From NCBI GenBank assembly GCA_965224015.1, contig OZ245032.1, positions 854,863 to 918,862 of the forward strand: 64,000 bases of DNA, written 5' to 3'. Every line of letters begins with the position of its first letter. Position 1 is the stretch's first letter. The notes beneath the pieces are model-generated. The model did no database searches and was not told where the DNA came from. It saw only the letters and a program-made list of their open reading frames with translations. This DNA comes from Hyphomicrobiales bacterium (GTDB taxonomy: Bacteria > Pseudomonadota > Alphaproteobacteria > Rhizobiales > CBDCVD01). Below, piece after piece: positions 60,895-64,000 of this stretch. A program made the position numbers and the translations under genes.

Positions 60895-61398
60895 CTATAG
60901 GCTTTTTTCCATCACCAGAACCGGGATTCCATCGTCCCGGCTCAAACACCCGCTGCGTTCATCGACAATTGCAAAACCCTGTCCCTTATAGAACCGCACC
61001 GCACGGGTATTGTCACGCTCCACCTCAAGACGAAGCGCTGGGGTTCCGGAAAAGGCGCGCTCAATGCGCTTGAGCAACTGCCAGCCGATGCCTTTACCTT
61101 GCACCCTGGGCAGAACATACAGGCGATTGACGATAACCACACCGTCGTCACTTGGCGTCGCCAGGGCGTGCCCTACGAGGGTGTCGTTGAGTTCGGCAAC
61201 AAGAAACAGGGTCGTGGCGTCAGCAAGCGAAGGGGCTAATGCCTTTACCCCGTGCCATCGGCGACTGAGCTTGCAAACCGTTTCATACCCTAAGAGATCA
61301 TCATAGGTGTCGTGCCAGGTTTCGCGCAGCAGGCGCGAGACCTCCGGCAGGTCGCTGGGGCGCCCGCGAGCAATGCGCAAAGTGTTTTGATGGGTCAT
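60895..61398 (-). CDS. GNAT N-acetyltransferase
   Basis: LYVLPRVQGKGIG (motif A), NTRAVRFYKGQGF. Confidence 0.88.
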   Translation of the reverse strand: MTHQNTLRIARGRPSDLPEVSRLLRETWHDTYDDLLGYETVCKLSRRWHGVKALAPSLADATTLFLVAELNDTLVGHALATPSDDGVVIVNRLYVLPRVQGKGIGWQLLKRIERAFSGTPALRLEVERDNTRAVRFYKGQGFAIVDERSGCLSRDDGIPVLVMEKSL

Positions 61399-61564
61399 AG
61401 GGTTGCCGGATTCCCTGCCAATTCATCTTGCGGGCCAACGACCGGTACACCCCTTGCACAAAAATCGTCATTCCCGGTTGCGCATGCAGCGCCTGCACGC
61501 TATAGCCTGAAAGTAAGGCCCTTGGCGCGTGCTTTAGAGCGTACTTCATAGAGCATAACACAGC

Positions 61565-61706
61565 CCATAGCAAAATGCGTTTAATTGGAATCATGGGGCT
61601 TTTGCGTATTCTTCTCGCATTTTGCTATAGATTTGAGGGCGATCAGCTTTATGGGGTTCGCTTATACCAAGGGCAAAATGGGTACACCTAACCCCATGCT
61701 GATCTA
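61565..61706. repeat. Composite R3-linker-R2 repeat with an R1 stub
   Basis: Same architecture and same TACCAAGGG truncation (61665-61673) as 8597-8740. Confidence 0.8.
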
Positions 61707-61752
61707 AAGGCCACCTTGATCATCACCGTTGTCAACAGAATACCGAGGCCCT

Positions 61753-62040
61753 ATGTCCATTGATATTAAAGAGGTAAAGAACATCGCTAGGCTGGCACGA
61801 ATCGCTATCGCCGAACAGGAGGCGGATGGTTTTCAAAACGAAATCAACAGCATACTGGGATGGGTTGAACAACTAAATGAAATTGATGTCAGCGCCGCTA
61901 AGCCGCTTACATCCATAGTTCCCATGGGCATGAAAAAACGCTCCGATGATGTCACCGCCGGTGGCCATGCGGACATGATCGTCGCCAACGCACCTGAAGA
62001 GGAAGATCATTACTTTGTCGTGCCCAAGGTGGTGGAGTGA
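61753..62040 (+). CDS. gatC: Asp/Glu-tRNA amidotransferase subunit C
   Basis: [14 protein letters not shown]...YFVVPKVVE. Confidence 0.95.
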   Translation: MSIDIKEVKNIARLARIAIAEQEADGFQNEINSILGWVEQLNEIDVSAAKPLTSIVPMGMKKRSDDVTAGGHADMIVANAPEEEDHYFVVPKVVE

Positions 62041-63542
62041 GCCCGGTGCGTGACCTGACCCGCTTAAGCATCGCCACGGCCCGCGAAGGTTTAAAGAGCA
62101 AAGCCTTCTCCGCGAGCGAACTCGCCACCGCCTACCTTGACGCCATTGAAGGCGCCAACGGCGCCCTTAATGCCTATGTGGAAGTCACCGCCGACAAGGC
62201 CCGTGCCATGGCAAAGCAAAGCGATGCGCGCATCGCCGCGCAGGAAACCGGCGCTCTTGAGGGCATTCCCCTTGGCATCAAAGACCTTTATTGTACCAGA
62301 GGCGATCACTCCCAGGCCTGTTCGCATATTCTCGACGGGTTCCGCCCGGACTATGAATCAACCGTAACAGCAAACCTGTGGAATGCCGGTGCGGTCCAAT
62401 TGGGCAAGCTGAACATGGATGAATTCGCCATGGGTTCGTCTAACGAGAACAGCTATTACGGCCCTGTTGTGAACCCATGGCGGGCTACCGGCAACAATGC
62501 AAAGCTGGTACCGGGGGGCTCATCGGGGGGCTCGGCGGCCGCCCTTGCGGCACACCTGGCGGCAGGCACCCTGGGAACGGACACCGGCGGATCGATCCGC
62601 CAGCCCGCCGCTTTTACCGGCACCGTCGGCATCAAGCCAACCTACGGGCGTTGCTCGCGTTGGGGCATTATTGCCTTTGCGTCCTCGCTGGATCAGGCGG
62701 GACCCTTTGCACGCAGTGTCGAGGATGCCGCACTGCTGCTTAACGTGATGGCGGGTCACGATGAGAAAGACACCACCAGTGTGGACAGACCCGTACCGGA
62801 CTATGCTGCAAGTGTTGGTGCCAGCGTTAAGGGACTGACCATCGGCGTGCCCAGGGAATACCGCCTTGAGGGCATGAGCCGTGATGTAGAGGCGTTGTGG
62901 CAGCAGGGGATTGCCTGGCTGAAACAGGCCGGGGCGGAAATCGAAGACATTTCCCTGCCCTATACGCGCTACGCTCTGCCTGCCTATTACATCATCGCCC
63001 CGGCTGAGGCCTCATCCAACCTGGCCCGTTACGACGGCGTGCGTTATGGCCTTCGCGTCGACGGTGATGACGTCATTTCCATGTATGAAAATACCCGCGC
63101 CACAGGTTTCGGCCACGAGGTCAAGCGCCGGGTGATGATCGGCACTTACGTGCTGTCGGCGGGCTATTACGACGCCTATTATGTGCGCGCCCAGAAAGTG
63201 CGCAACCTGATCAAACGCGATTTCGATGAGACCTGGAACAGGGGTGTCGACGCAGTACTCACGCCGACGACGCCAACTGCGGCTTTTCCCATCGGCGACG
63301 AGAGCAAGCAGGACCCTATCGCCATGTACCTGAACGATATTTTCACCGTAACGGTCAACATGGCCGGCCTGCCGGGCATTTCGGTGCCGGCGGGACTGGA
63401 CCGACAGGGCTTGCCGCTGGGCTTGCAACTGATCGGCAGGCCGTTTGATGAGGAAACCCTGTTTCGCCTCGCCCATGTGATTGAGGACGCGGCCGGACGT
63501 TTTACACCAGATGTGTGGTGGGAGCAAAAAACTAATGCCTGA
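62037..63542 (+). CDS. gatA: Asp/Glu-tRNA amidotransferase subunit A
   Basis: [45 protein letters not shown]. Confidence 0.97.
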   Translation: MSPVRDLTRLSIATAREGLKSKAFSASELATAYLDAIEGANGALNAYVEVTADKARAMAKQSDARIAAQETGALEGIPLGIKDLYCTRGDHSQACSHILDGFRPDYESTVTANLWNAGAVQLGKLNMDEFAMGSSNENSYYGPVVNPWRATGNNAKLVPGGSSGGSAAALAAHLAAGTLGTDTGGSIRQPAAFTGTVGIKPTYGRCSRWGIIAFASSLDQAGPFARSVEDAALLLNVMAGHDEKDTTSVDRPVPDYAASVGASVKGLTIGVPREYRLEGMSRDVEALWQQGIAWLKQAGAEIEDISLPYTRYALPAYYIIAPAEASSNLARYDGVRYGLRVDGDDVISMYENTRATGFGHEVKRRVMIGTYVLSAGYYDAYYVRAQKVRNLIKRDFDETWNRGVDAVLTPTTPTAAFPIGDESKQDPIAMYLNDIFTVTVNMAGLPGISVPAGLDRQGLPLGLQLIGRPFDEETLFRLAHVIEDAAGRFTPDVWWEQKTNA

Positions 63543-63579
63543 GTCCCGCAAACCAGAACACCATAAGAGGGATGGCATT

Positions 63580-64000
63580 GTGACCAAAGCCAGCATCTAC
63601 AAGGGCATCTCAACAAAAGCCATTCACGCAGGCGAGTGGCCGGATCCGGACACCGGTGCCTCGGCGCCCAATATCGTCATGTCGTCAACGTTTGTGACCG
63701 ATCAGCCGCAAGGGTTTTCCGCCAACGAACTTACCCCCGAATCGCCCTTTGTTTACAGCCGTTGGGCAAACCCGACGGTGGCCCAGTTGGAGGCTAAACT
63801 TGCCGCTCTCGAGGGCGGCGAGCAGGCGGTGTGTTTTGCCTCCGGCATGGCCGCGTCTTCGGCGATTTTCTTTTCGCTTTTGTCCGCCGGCGACCACGTG
63901 ATTGTGGCGGATGTGTGCTATGCGGGCGTGGCGGAGTTGGCGCGCACCACCTTACCCCGCATGGGGGTCGCAGTCAGCCTTGTTGACATGTCGAACCTGG
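63580..64000 (+). CDS. Cys/Met metabolism PLP-dependent lyase (cystathionine gamma-synthase/lyase family), partial
   Basis: GTG 63580: TKAIHAGE, YSRWANPT, LAALEGG, FASGMAA; not in the supplied ORF track. Confidence 0.88.
   Translation, partial: MTKASIYKGISTKAIHAGEWPDPDTGASAPNIVMSSTFVTDQPQGFSANELTPESPFVYSRWANPTVAQLEAKLAALEGGEQAVCFASGMAASSAIFFSLLSAGDHVIVADVCYAGVAELARTTLPRMGVAVSLVDMSNL

Noticed and set aside
58558-61398. GST, P450 and GNAT as a detoxification or biosynthetic cluster
   Set aside because: Mixed orientations and no scaffold or transport genes; nothing in the sequence links them functionally
61753-63542. gatCA without an adjacent gatB
   Set aside because: Separation of gatB from gatCA is common in Alphaproteobacteria, and the window ends shortly after

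Overview
This is a chromosomal window of an alphaproteobacterium, probably Hyphomicrobiales (inferred from gene content and the order hom-glpX, phaC, SCO/PCuAC, dinB, nnrU, kpsF, gatCA). A housekeeping backbone (1-10370 and ~39800-64000) flanks a ~29 kb mosaic accessory region that starts at tRNA-Ser(GCT) and shows no integrase. That region holds four modules: (i) a decaying IclR/RidA/amino-acid ABC module; (ii) an AT-rich polymorphic-toxin array; (iii) nested IS5-family elements; (iv) an acetoin dehydrogenase operon plus a BMP-type ABC/deacetylase/TetR module. The best candidate for an undescribed system is the array at 15997-24870. It has repeated cassettes of [5'-truncated DUF4123 T6SS adaptor]-[effector with a caspase/C80-like His...Cys motif pair]-[signal-peptide-bearing cognate immunity protein], followed by an RHS-AHH nuclease toxin interrupted by a single stop codon and its immunity gene. 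The window also carries several families of short repeats. One is a 101-bp MITE (TACCA...TGGTA ends, 3-bp TNA target duplication) with 9 full copies; its mobility is shown by empty sites in the window and by an insertion into a transposase gene. All functional calls come from motif recognition by eye; no database searches were run.
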